A DNA stretch of 64,000 nucleotides, from assembly GCA_963668465.1 (NCBI GenBank), contig OY764542.1, positions 1,377,702-1,441,701 of the forward strand, given 5' to 3'. The notes below the pieces were generated by a model. The model had not been told where the DNA came from and did not search any database. It saw only the letters and a program-made list of their open reading frames with translations. The DNA is from Dehalococcoidia bacterium. Lineage in GTDB: Bacteria > Chloroflexota > Dehalococcoidia > Lucifugimonadales > Australimonadaceae. Below, one piece after another: positions 1 to 10,298 of this stretch (within the stretch, counting starts at the first letter, position 1; every line of letters starts with the position of its first letter). A program made the position numbers and the translations under genes.

Positions 1-207
1 AGCAATCAGATGTTGACTTTTCGCACGCGTGTAACTGGAGTTGACCGTCAATTCCAGGGGAAGAAGACTCGGACCTCCCAAGGGCGATAGAGCGGAACAG
101 CTACATTGCCCCCTTGGACAGACCTGACCGATGGCTTCTTGTACGAAGAGAACGTCCCCACGGATGCCTAGCCTTTCAGCCCCATAGCACCGCTGCCGGG
201 GCTGCGA

Positions 208-233
208 GATTCCTGCCTCCGCAGGAACGACGG
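208..233. repeat. REP-like hairpin element, family 1 (GATTCCYGCCTSCGCRGGAAYGACGG)
   Basis: gattcctgcctccgcaggaacgacgg; internal stem ttcctgc/gcaggaa; related copies at 1777, 4685 and 10632. Confidence 0.65.
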
Positions 234-318
234 GTAGACCTCGTACAATAGAAGTGTGGGCAGCACCGTGCCCCGAGAGTGGCGAGGGGCGGTGGGGGCT
301 GCGCGGGGTGGGTGCCGT

Positions 319-1233
319 ATGGGGGCTGCTGGAACGATCCTGGTCACCGGAGCTACGGGGTACATCGGCGGGAGGCTTGTGCCCCGGCTGCTGGAGGAGG
401 GGCGCAGCGTGCGCGTCCTCGTCCGGGACCGGGAGCGCGTGCGGTCGCGTCCGTGGGCCGGGCGGGTCGAGGTGGCGGTCGGGGACGTGCTCGACCGCGG
501 GTCGCTGTCCGAGGCGCTGACGGGCGTCGACGCGGCGTACTACCTCGTGCACAGCATGTGCAGCGGCTCCGCCGCCGGGTTCCACGAGCTGGACGTCCAG
601 GCTGCCCGCACGTTCGGGCAGGCCGCCGCAGAGGCGGGCGCCGGGCACGTCATCTATCTCGGTGGGCTGGGGTCGGGGGCGAACCTCTCGCCGCACCTGC
701 GCTCGCGGCAGGAGTGCGGTCGTGCGCTGCGCGCGGGCGGGGTCGCGGTCACGGAGTTCCGCGCCGCGGTGGTCGTCGGGGCGGGCAGCATCTCGTTCGA
801 GATGGTCCGCTACCTCGTGGAGCGTCTGCCGGTCATGGTCTGCCCTCGATGGCTGTACTCGCGCGTGCAGCCGATAGCGGTCGACGATCTGCTCGACTAC
901 CTCGTTGCGGCGCTCGACACGCCGTCGTGCCGGGGTCGCATCGTCGAGGTGGGCGGGAAGGACGTGACGACGTACGAGGGGCTGATGCTCGGCTACGCGC
1001 GGGCGCGGGGGCTGCACCGGCTGATGCTCGCCGTCCCGGTGCTGACGCCTCGGTTGTCGTCGTACTGGGTGCACTGGTTCACGCCGATCCCCACCGCCAT
1101 CACGCGGGCGCTCGTGGAGGGGCTTCGCAACGATGTCGTGGTGACGGACGACCTGGCGCGGTCGTTGTTTCCGCACATCGAGCCTCGCGACTATGCGTCG
1201 GCGCTCGGGGGTGTGTTGGGGGAGGTGGGGTAA
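319..1233 (+). CDS. NAD(P)-binding NmrA/atypical-SDR-like oxidoreductase
   Basis: ORF 256..1233; Rossmann motif ILVTGATGYIGGRLV follows the internal ATG at 319; start could also be 256. Confidence 0.75.
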   Translation: MGAAGTILVTGATGYIGGRLVPRLLEEGRSVRVLVRDRERVRSRPWAGRVEVAVGDVLDRGSLSEALTGVDAAYYLVHSMCSGSAAGFHELDVQAARTFGQAAAEAGAGHVIYLGGLGSGANLSPHLRSRQECGRALRAGGVAVTEFRAAVVVGAGSISFEMVRYLVERLPVMVCPRWLYSRVQPIAVDDLLDYLVAALDTPSCRGRIVEVGGKDVTTYEGLMLGYARARGLHRLMLAVPVLTPRLSSYWVHWFTPIPTAITRALVEGLRNDVVVTDDLARSLFPHIEPRDYASALGGVLGEVG

Positions 1234-1238
1234 GCGAT

Positions 1239-1345
1239 ACGCCCATCCTGGCGTTCGCTCGTCGAAGGGGGAGGGACCGGGTGTTGCGACGTGGAAGGTA
1301 ATCCTCGTTGGTACGCAGGGCGCCCACGAGGGACGCCCCTACACC
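1239..1345. repeat. about 107-bp interspersed repeat, copy 1
   Basis: acgcccatcctggcgttcgctcgtcgaaggggg...cgcagggcgcccacgagggacgcccctacacc aligns end to end with 1646-1752, roughly 85-90 percent identity by eye. Confidence 0.8.
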
Positions 1346-1602
1346 AGGCGGGGCGCGCCGTGACACGCGGCCCTTTCGCGGTCGCGGCAGGGGCGCGTAC
1401 GCTGGTTGGTGGCGAGGCGCCGCCATCGCGGACGGCGTCGGGGGGCTGGCCCGGCCCTGGGGGCAGGTCCGTAGGAGTGGCGTGGCCAGTTTTGGCTCAT
1501 TTTGGCGCACTTTTTCGCAACCCGGGCGTGCGGTCCACGCCTGCGGGGCGCGTCGACAGAGGAGGTGCGGGGAGGACAACGGTGGCCGCGGGGCCGTTCG
1601 CA

Positions 1603-1628
1603 TGGTTCGACAGGCTCACCATGAGCGG
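1603..1628 (+). repeat. REP-like element, family 2 (GTGGTTCGRCAGGCTCACCAYGARCGG)
   Basis: tggttcgacaggctcaccatgagcgg; copies at 4719 (+), 59872 (+) and 29352 (reverse orientation). Confidence 0.75.
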
Positions 1629-1645
1629 CTCTGGATGGCGGGGTC

Positions 1646-1752
1646 ACGCCCATCCTGGCATTCCTCCGTCGAGGGGGAAGGGACCGGGCATTGCAACATG
1701 GAGGGTAGTCCTCGTTGATACGCAGGGCGCCCACGAGGGACCCCCCTACACC
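1646..1752. repeat. about 107-bp interspersed repeat, copy 2
   Basis: Full-length alignment to 1239-1345. Confidence 0.8.
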
Positions 1753-1776
1753 GGGCACCACGCCCCGCCCCTTCTG

Positions 1777-1802
1777 GATTCCCGCCTGCGCGGGAATGAC
1801 GG
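1777..1802. repeat. REP-like hairpin element, family 1
   Basis: gattcccgcctgcgcgggaatgacgg; stem tcccgc/gcggga. Confidence 0.7.
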
Positions 1803-1808
1803 GGCCTT

Positions 1809-1850
1809 CACCCCCATCCTGGCCTTCCCCCATCGAGGGGGAAGGGATCT
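1809..1850. repeat. Truncated third copy of the 107-bp repeat (5' part only)
   Basis: cacccccatcctggccttcccccatcgagggggaagggatc matches the first about 40 nt of the copies at 1239 and 1646. Confidence 0.6.
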
Positions 1851-1895
1851 GGTGAGGTTGGCCGGGGGCGGGTGCGACCGTTACACTTGTGTCCC

Positions 1896-3380
1896 ATGTT
1901 CGACACTGTGCTCATCGCCAATCGCGGCGAGATCGCCTGCCGCGTCATACGTACGTGCCAGCGCCTCGGCATCGAGGCCGTCGCGGTGTATTCGTCGGCG
2001 GACGCGAAGGCGAAGCACGTGCAGATGGCGGACCGCGCCGTCCACATCGGCGGGGCGCCGGCGTCGGAGTCGTACCTGAACGGCGAGTCGATCATCAAGG
2101 CCGCGAAGAAGGTGAAGGCGCAGGCCATCCATCCCGGCTACGGCTTCCTCTCCGAGAACCCGTCGTTCGTCGAGGCGGTCGAGAAGGAAGGGCTAACGTT
2201 CATCGGGCCGTCGTCGAGGGTCATCGCGCAGATGGGCGACAAGATCATGGCGCGCCGGCTCGCTCGCGAGGCAGGGGTGCCCATCAGCCCCGGCGCGGAG
2301 GGGGAGATCGACGACTCGCAGGCGGTGGCCATCGCTCGCGGCATCGGCTTCCCGCTGATGATCAAGGCGGCGGACGGCGGCGGCGGCATGGGCATCCGCG
2401 TCGTGAACGACATCGAAGAGGTGCCGGAGGCGGTGGCCCGCGCGCGGTCGCAGGCGCTGAACGCGTTCGGCAGCAGCCGCGTCTACATGGAGCGCCGCAT
2501 CCTGAACGCGTCGCACGTCGAGGTGCAGGTCATCGCGGACCACTTCGGCAAGGCGCTGCACCTGTTCGAGCGCGACTGCTCGGTGCAGCGCCGCAACCAG
2601 AAGGTTGTCGAGGAGACGCCGTGCCCCAAGCTCACGCCGGAGGTGCGGAGCGCGCTGCTCGAGTCCGCGGTCCGGCTCGTGAAGAGCATCGGCTACACGA
2701 ACGCGGGCACCATCGAGTACCTGTACGACGCCAGGGAGGAGCGCTTCTACTTCCTGGAGATGAACACGCGGCTGCAGGTGGAGCATCCCGTCACGGAGAT
2801 GGTCACGGGGCTGGACCTCGTCGAGCTGCAGCTGCGGGTCGCGGCGGGCGAGCGTCTGCCGCTGTCGCAGAGCGACATCCACCAGCGCGGGGCGGCGATC
2901 GAGGCGCGCATCTACCCGGAGGACCCGGTGATGCTGCTGCCGACCGCGGGCACGGTCTCGGCGCTCGTCGAGCCGGAGGGGCCGCACGTGCGCGTCGACA
3001 GCGCGCTGTACGAGGGCTACGAGGTGTCGCCGCACTACGAGTCGATGATGGCGAAGCTCATCGTCCACGGCGAGACGCGGGAGGAGGCGATCGCCCACAT
3101 GCTGGCGGCGCTCGACCAGTACGTCGTCGAGGGGCCGGTCGTCAACATCCCGCTCGTGCAGCGCGTGCTGGCGCACAAGGACTTCAGGAACGCCGCGTTC
3201 GACAACGCATTCCTCGAGCGGATGCTGAACGAGCCGGCACGCGACAGCGCGATCGCCGCCGCGATAGCCGTCGTCATGGCGCTGGAAGAGGAGCCCCCGC
3301 GAGAGATACAGTTCAGCAGGTGGCGGATGCACGGCCGACGAATGGCCATGGTGAACCGCCTCAGTAACGGAGCGTTGTAG
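1896..3380 (+). CDS. Biotin carboxylase (ATP-grasp subunit of a biotin-dependent carboxylase)
   Basis: MFDTVLIANRGEIACRVIRT N-terminus, GYGFLSEN, MIKAADGGGGMGIR glycine loop, EMNTRLQVEHPVTE; start taken at ATG 1896 inside ORF 1872..3380. Confidence 0.93.
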   Translation: MFDTVLIANRGEIACRVIRTCQRLGIEAVAVYSSADAKAKHVQMADRAVHIGGAPASESYLNGESIIKAAKKVKAQAIHPGYGFLSENPSFVEAVEKEGLTFIGPSSRVIAQMGDKIMARRLAREAGVPISPGAEGEIDDSQAVAIARGIGFPLMIKAADGGGGMGIRVVNDIEEVPEAVARARSQALNAFGSSRVYMERRILNASHVEVQVIADHFGKALHLFERDCSVQRRNQKVVEETPCPKLTPEVRSALLESAVRLVKSIGYTNAGTIEYLYDAREERFYFLEMNTRLQVEHPVTEMVTGLDLVELQLRVAAGERLPLSQSDIHQRGAAIEARIYPEDPVMLLPTAGTVSALVEPEGPHVRVDSALYEGYEVSPHYESMMAKLIVHGETREEAIAHMLAALDQYVVEGPVVNIPLVQRVLAHKDFRNAAFDNAFLERMLNEPARDSAIAAAIAVVMALEEEPPREIQFSRWRMHGRRMAMVNRLSNGAL

Positions 3381-3796
3381 TGAAACGGATGCGCGTGCGA
3401 GTCAACGACGATTGGTACGACGTCGAGGTCGGCGACCTCTACCAGAGCCCGGTGGAGGTCGTCGTGGACGGCGAGACGTACCTGGTGGAAGTCGGCAACC
3501 CGGGAGACGCCGGCGTTCCGGTGCGGCGGTCGGCGCCCCGCAAGGCGGAGCTTCCCGGTCTGCGCGGCATCACGCAGGGCGACGAGCACGTCATCCGCTG
3601 TCCGCTGCCCGGCAAGATCGTCTCCGTCACCGCCACGAAGGGCCAGGAGCTGGAGGCGGGCGACGAGATCTGCCTGCTCGAGTCCATGAAGATGGAGCAG
3701 AGCGTGCGCATGGCGCGCAGCGGCGTGGTGAAGGGCATCAAGATCAAGAAGGACCAGGCCGTCGAGGCCGGTCAGCCGTTGCTGGAGATCCAGTAG
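3380..3796 (+). CDS. Biotin carboxyl carrier (biotinyl/lipoyl-domain) protein
   Basis: GTG start overlapping the upstream stop; biotinylation motif CLLESMKMEQSV; C-terminal G-QPLLEI. Confidence 0.85.
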   Translation: MKRMRVRVNDDWYDVEVGDLYQSPVEVVVDGETYLVEVGNPGDAGVPVRRSAPRKAELPGLRGITQGDEHVIRCPLPGKIVSVTATKGQELEAGDEICLLESMKMEQSVRMARSGVVKGIKIKKDQAVEAGQPLLEIQ

Positions 3797-3799
3797 GCG

Positions 3800-4168
3800 A
3801 TGTTCAACCGGGCCCCCACGACCCTGAACGAGTACTACGTCTGCGCTCTCAGCGAGGTGCAGGAGAAGGGCGTGCTCAACATCGAGATCGAGCACCCCAA
3901 GTACCGAGGGTGGGAGATAGCCGTCTTCTGGGATGGCGAGAAACTCGGCACGCTGGAGAACTTCTGCCCGCACCAGGGCGCGATGCTCTCCTGGGGCACC
4001 ATCGAGCCGGGGCAGGTCATCTGTCCGCTGCACTCCGCCATCTTCGATTTCGTCACCGGCGAGTGCCTCGACCGCTACACGTACGACGCCGTGGCCTTCG
4101 AGACGTTCGTGCGCGGAGACGAGGTCTGGGCGCGCCTGCCGGGCCGCCCGATGCCTCGGGGCGGCTAG
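3800..4168 (+). CDS. Small Rieske [2Fe-2S] ferredoxin-like protein
   Basis: CPHQGAMLSWGTIEPGQVICPLH = CxH-x16-CxxH Rieske motif; 4 nt after the BCCP stop. Confidence 0.8.
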   Translation: MFNRAPTTLNEYYVCALSEVQEKGVLNIEIEHPKYRGWEIAVFWDGEKLGTLENFCPHQGAMLSWGTIEPGQVICPLHSAIFDFVTGECLDRYTYDAVAFETFVRGDEVWARLPGRPMPRGG

Positions 4169-4205
4169 GCTGCGAGGTTCGCCTGAGGGCTAAACCGCTT
4201 AACGA

Positions 4206-4451
4206 ATGAAGGCCACGGCGTACTACCGAAACATCGTCGAGAAGAGAAGGCCGTACCTCCGCGATGAGTACTGTGAGCGTGTGATGCAGAGCCCGCAGCA
4301 AACGCGGCCGGACCCTCGCCCCGGCCGCACACGCGTATGGGGTTACGTAGAGGAACTGCAGCACTACCTGAGGGTCGTAGTTGAGGACGACGGCGAGACG
4401 GTGCACAATGCATTCATCGACGGGGAGGCAGAGCGATGGTTGACACGGTAG
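4206..4451 (+). CDS. DUF4258-like small protein (putative toxin component)
   Basis: 81 aa; ...GRTRVWGYVEELQHYLRVVVEDDGETVHNAFID pattern typical of DUF4258; overlaps the next gene by 16 nt. Confidence 0.55.
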   Translation: MKATAYYRNIVEKRRPYLRDEYCERVMQSPQQTRPDPRPGRTRVWGYVEELQHYLRVVVEDDGETVHNAFIDGEAERWLTR

Positions 4452-4669
4452 TGCGAAAGCCGGAAACCGTCTACGACAAGGAATCGGACATCCTGCGGAT
4501 GCAATTCGAGGAGAAGCCGAGTGTCCGGTCGGTAGAAGTCGCTGAAGGCGTCGTCCTTGACTACGATGAAGCGGGCCATGTCGTGGCGATAGAAGTCGAC
4601 GGCGCGAGCGTGCTCTTGCGCGAGTTCGCCAGCAAGGCCGGGGCTGCGTTGTCGCGCGCTGCACGCTGA
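4436..4669 (+). CDS. DUF2283 family protein (putative antitoxin component)
   Basis: YDKESDILRMQFEE...VVLDYDEAGHVVAIEVDGAS matches the DUF2283 pattern; RBS ggggagg 7 nt upstream. Confidence 0.65.
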   Translation: MVDTVVRKPETVYDKESDILRMQFEEKPSVRSVEVAEGVVLDYDEAGHVVAIEVDGASVLLREFASKAGAALSRAAR

Positions 4670-4684
4670 GGAGCAGGGCTGCCG

Positions 4685-4710
4685 GGTTCTGCCTGCGCAG
4701 GAACGACTGG
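4685..4710. repeat. REP-like hairpin element, family 1
   Basis: ggttctgcctgcgcaggaacgactgg. Confidence 0.6.
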
Positions 4711-4718
4711 GAAGGCGC

Positions 4719-4745
4719 GTGGTTCGACAGGCTCACCATGAGCGG
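4719..4745 (+). repeat. REP-like element, family 2
   Basis: gtggttcgacaggctcaccatgagcgg, near-identical to 1603-1628. Confidence 0.8.
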
Positions 4746-4872
4746 GGTGACCTCACCATGACCGGGATGGCCTCCCTACGAACTCATCTATGCCGCCATG
4801 TCAGTCCCGCAGAGTGATACCATCTAGTCCCGTGGCGCAGGGCGCTGCGAGACATCCCCGACGCAAGGTCCC

Positions 4873-7833
<2,961 letters not shown>

Positions 7834-7838
7834 GGGGA

Positions 7839-8192
7839 TTACTCCCAACTCTCGTCCCGCCAGCGGACGGGGGTCTTTTCCCTGAATCGCGCCCCGTACA
7901 AGGCGGGTGCCAGCAGGTCGAACTGTTCCTGAGTCAGTTCGTCGTCAACGTAGTCTTCCATCCGCTCGTACGGGTCGACGAGCGTCAACTGGATGTAGAC
8001 CGGCTCCGGCTTGTCCTCTAGGACGACCTTCGCCATAAAGCCATGCTCGCCGGTATTGCCAAGCCATTCCTGAACGACGTCAACGCTGGCAACGCCGTCC
8101 AGGCTCTCCCAGTTGGCAACAGCCTCTTGCACAAGTTGGTATCCGTCACGCGCCATACACGGATCGTTGATCGGGGCGGTGGGGAGTGTCAA
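7839..8192 (-). CDS. Hypothetical acidic protein (117 aa), co-oriented immediately downstream of the DpnI-like gene
   Basis: Open frame with non-artefactual composition; lower GC than the core genome. Start uncertain: TTG at 8192 or ATG at 8156. No family recognised. Confidence 0.5.
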   Translation of the reverse strand: MTLPTAPINDPCMARDGYQLVQEAVANWESLDGVASVDVVQEWLGNTGEHGFMAKVVLEDKPEPVYIQLTLVDPYERMEDYVDDELTQEQFDLLAPALYGARFREKTPVRWRDESWE

Positions 8193-8199
8193 GGATTGG

Positions 8200-8979
8200 T
8201 CAGGCTATGACCCTGTAGCTTCCTCGCCTGTCGACGAACAGGAGCACTCCGCCCCTGGCTAGCACCTGTATCTGCTGGCGAATCTTCGCCTGCACATTCC
8301 GGTTGTCCGTGTGTCGCGAGGCGAGTTCGGCCTCGAACCGCCGATAGAAGTCCCCTAGGGTGAACTCCTCGGCCTCCGTCTCTTGCTGCAGCACACGGAC
8401 GCACGACAGCACGTCGGCAGCCCAGCCTCCCTTTTCGCCCGCAAGGAACTGGTAGCGTTGCCAGTCGTCACGGGCCTGGACAGGACTGCGGGGCACGCCG
8501 GCTTCAACGACCTGCACTCGCCCTTCTTCCGGTAGTTGTCCCAACAGGATGTTCGAGCCCACCCAGCCAGCCCGCTTCGCGTGGGGCGGCAACGGAGGTC
8601 TCCGTTCAACAACGGCGGGGCTCAGGAAGTGGCCAGGAACCACGAAGAGGTCGGTCACAGCAGCAGCGTCCATCGAATACTGGAGAAACGCATAGTGCGG
8701 CGCTCGACCTGCGGCGATGGCCCGCATTTTGGTGTAGTACTCAGAATTGCTGACCCTTCGCCCGAACGGTTTGTTTTGGCCCTTGAGTTGATACAGAGAC
8801 CCACAGTTCGAGCACGAGTAATCCCAAACAGCGGTATTGGCCTTAGCCTCATCGAGACGGTCGGAAGCGCACGCAAGGCAGTAGAGGTTTCGAGTCGCCC
8901 AATCTTCCGTCAAGCGCCGAGCGATTTGACTCGGACTCTTGTACCCCTCGGCTACGGCTAGATTCAAGCGTAAGTCCAT
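8200..8979 (-). CDS. DpnI-family methyl-directed (Gm6ATC) type IIM restriction endonuclease
   Basis: Start at ATG 8979 (MDLRLNLAVAEGYKSPSQIARRLTEDW). Cys4 cluster YCLAC...CSNCGSLYQLKG, RRAGWVGSNILLGQLPEEGRV, C-terminal winged-helix-like KIRQQIQVLARGGVLLFVDRRGSYRVI. Colinear with S. pneumoniae DpnI from memory. Confidence 0.8.
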   Translation of the reverse strand: MDLRLNLAVAEGYKSPSQIARRLTEDWATRNLYCLACASDRLDEAKANTAVWDYSCSNCGSLYQLKGQNKPFGRRVSNSEYYTKMRAIAAGRAPHYAFLQYSMDAAAVTDLFVVPGHFLSPAVVERRPPLPPHAKRAGWVGSNILLGQLPEEGRVQVVEAGVPRSPVQARDDWQRYQFLAGEKGGWAADVLSCVRVLQQETEAEEFTLGDFYRRFEAELASRHTDNRNVQAKIRQQIQVLARGGVLLFVDRRGSYRVIA

Positions 8980-9027
8980 GGGGCGCGGATTATAGACACC
9001 CCCACGTGCCCCCGATAGCCTCAATCC

Positions 9028-9471
9028 ATGCGCGCGCTCAGGGTTGGACTCGCACGGCGGATGGTGGGGAGGGTCATCCCCGCGGTGTTCCGTCGCGCGA
9101 ACGCCGTCATCGCGTGGGTGGCGCGCTCGCCGCTGCACCCGCTGCTGCTCGGGACGGTCCTCGTCGTGCGCTGCGAGGGGCGGCGCACCGGCAGGACGTA
9201 CCTCGTGCCGGTGACGTGCCGGCCGTCCGGCGGCGAGGCGCTCCACGCGCTGACGAGCGCTCGCGGTAGCTGGTGGCGCAACGTCGAGAGCGGCGCTCCG
9301 GCGACGGTCTACTACCGGGGCAGGGAGCGCGAGGCGCGCATCGACGTCGTGCGGGGCGTCGACGCCCCGTCGGAGGTCGAGCGTGCGCTGGCGTCGCGGG
9401 GCGTGGTCGCGCGGACGCTCGTCGCGCTGCCGGCGTCGGAGTCGGTGCTGCTTCGCGTGTGGCTATCGTAG
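9028..9471 (+). CDS. Deazaflavin (F420)-dependent nitroreductase/quinone-reductase family protein
   Basis: SPLHPLLLGTVLVVRCEGRRTGRTYLVPV ... SWWRNVESGAPATVYYRGRE pattern of the PF04075-type family. Confidence 0.65.
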   Translation: MRALRVGLARRMVGRVIPAVFRRANAVIAWVARSPLHPLLLGTVLVVRCEGRRTGRTYLVPVTCRPSGGEALHALTSARGSWWRNVESGAPATVYYRGREREARIDVVRGVDAPSEVERALASRGVVARTLVALPASESVLLRVWLS

Positions 9472-9498
9472 GGATGTGACACCGTAGGGATGTGACAC
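9467..9498 (+). repeat. Perfect 16-nt tandem duplication (cgtagggatgtgacac x2)
   Basis: 9467-9482 and 9483-9498 are identical; the first copy contains the stop codon of the upstream gene. Confidence 0.9.
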
Positions 9499-9568
9499 GC
9501 GCTACTTGGAGGGTATCGGCGGGGGCGCTAGACTGGCAGTGGCGGCTATGCCGTCGGAGAGACAAGTG

Positions 9569-9862
9569 ATGAGCAAGGACATCAAGTTCCCTCAGGAGTA
9601 CGAGGATGCGATCGCGTCGCTCGACTGGGAGCAGATGCGCGTCGACCTCGAACAGTTCGGGCGGGACAGCCGCTATCTGGCGTCCATCGTTCCGGACTTG
9701 CGCGAACAGCACCCGGACTGTTGGGTCGCGGTGTATCACGAGCAGATAGTTGGCTTCGACCCCGACCTCAAGGAACTGCTGGCGCGGTTGAGTGCCCAGG
9801 GGCTCAAACAAAACCTTGCCATCAGGTATGTCTCAAGAGAACCTGTGCTGTTGATCGTGTAG
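9569..9862 (+). CDS. DUF5678 family protein
   Basis: MSKDIKFPQEYEDA...HPDCWVAVYHEQIVGFDPDLKELLARL; RBS ggagag 8 nt before ATG 9569; longest ORF starts at 9506. Confidence 0.6.
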   Translation: MSKDIKFPQEYEDAIASLDWEQMRVDLEQFGRDSRYLASIVPDLREQHPDCWVAVYHEQIVGFDPDLKELLARLSAQGLKQNLAIRYVSREPVLLIV

Positions 9863-9863
9863 C

Positions 9864-10298
9864 GTGGCGATAGAGGGATACTTCGATTCAAGCGGCGAAC
9901 CCGCACCATACGTCGGGGGCAGCGTCTATCTTCCACGGCTCGGTGACGGAAACAGAGTGGGATTCCTCCTCGACACGGGAGCGGACGCTACCACCCTGCA
10001 TCCCGTCGATGCGCACAAGCTGGGCATCGATGGCAGCGCCCTTGGTCCGGCATCATTCCAGACGAGTGGGGTCGGGGGCCAGGCACGATACACGCCGGAG
10101 TACGCCATCGTCTCCTTCTACGATAAAGACGCAGAGGACTGGCGCAGCTTCCGCATACAGGTCTACATCGCTTCCCCTGAGAACCAGCACTCAGCCGGAA
10201 GTCTCCCGTCGCTGCTTGGGCGCGACATCCTCAATCGCTGCCGTTGCACGCTCGATGCCGCCGAGAACCATGTCGTTCTCGAACCTCGGCGCACTTAA
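9864..10298 (+). CDS. Retropepsin-like (clan AA) aspartic protease
   Basis: GTG start 1 nt after the DUF5678 stop; catalytic FLLDTGADATTL; C-terminal LLGRDILNRC typical of bacterial retropepsin-like proteins. Confidence 0.75.
   Translation: MAIEGYFDSSGEPAPYVGGSVYLPRLGDGNRVGFLLDTGADATTLHPVDAHKLGIDGSALGPASFQTSGVGGQARYTPEYAIVSFYDKDAEDWRSFRIQVYIASPENQHSAGSLPSLLGRDILNRCRCTLDAAENHVVLEPRRT

Noticed and set aside
1-170. Lower-GC segment at the window start with a short frame-1 ORF ending near position 90.
   Set aside because: It is too short and truncated by the window edge to assign. No motif was recognised.
279-1301. Long alternative-frame and antisense ORFs overlapping real genes throughout the window. 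Examples: 279-1301, 1889-3367, 2193-3332(-), 4801-5976(-), 5463-7820, 10612-11562, 12637-14100(-), 25496-26314(-), 35435-37129(-), 45618-46724(-), 50577-52457(-).
   Set aside because: Their translations are Arg/Ala/Gly/Pro/His-rich low-complexity strings, typical of out-of-frame reading in high-GC DNA. In every case another frame carries clear conserved motifs.
1291-2079. 262-aa, 136-aa and 164-aa ORFs spanning the 1234-1895 region.
   Set aside because: They run through the 107-bp and REP repeats. Peptide strings such as PILAFPHRGGRD and FDRLTMSG recur because the DNA is repeated, so these are not genes.
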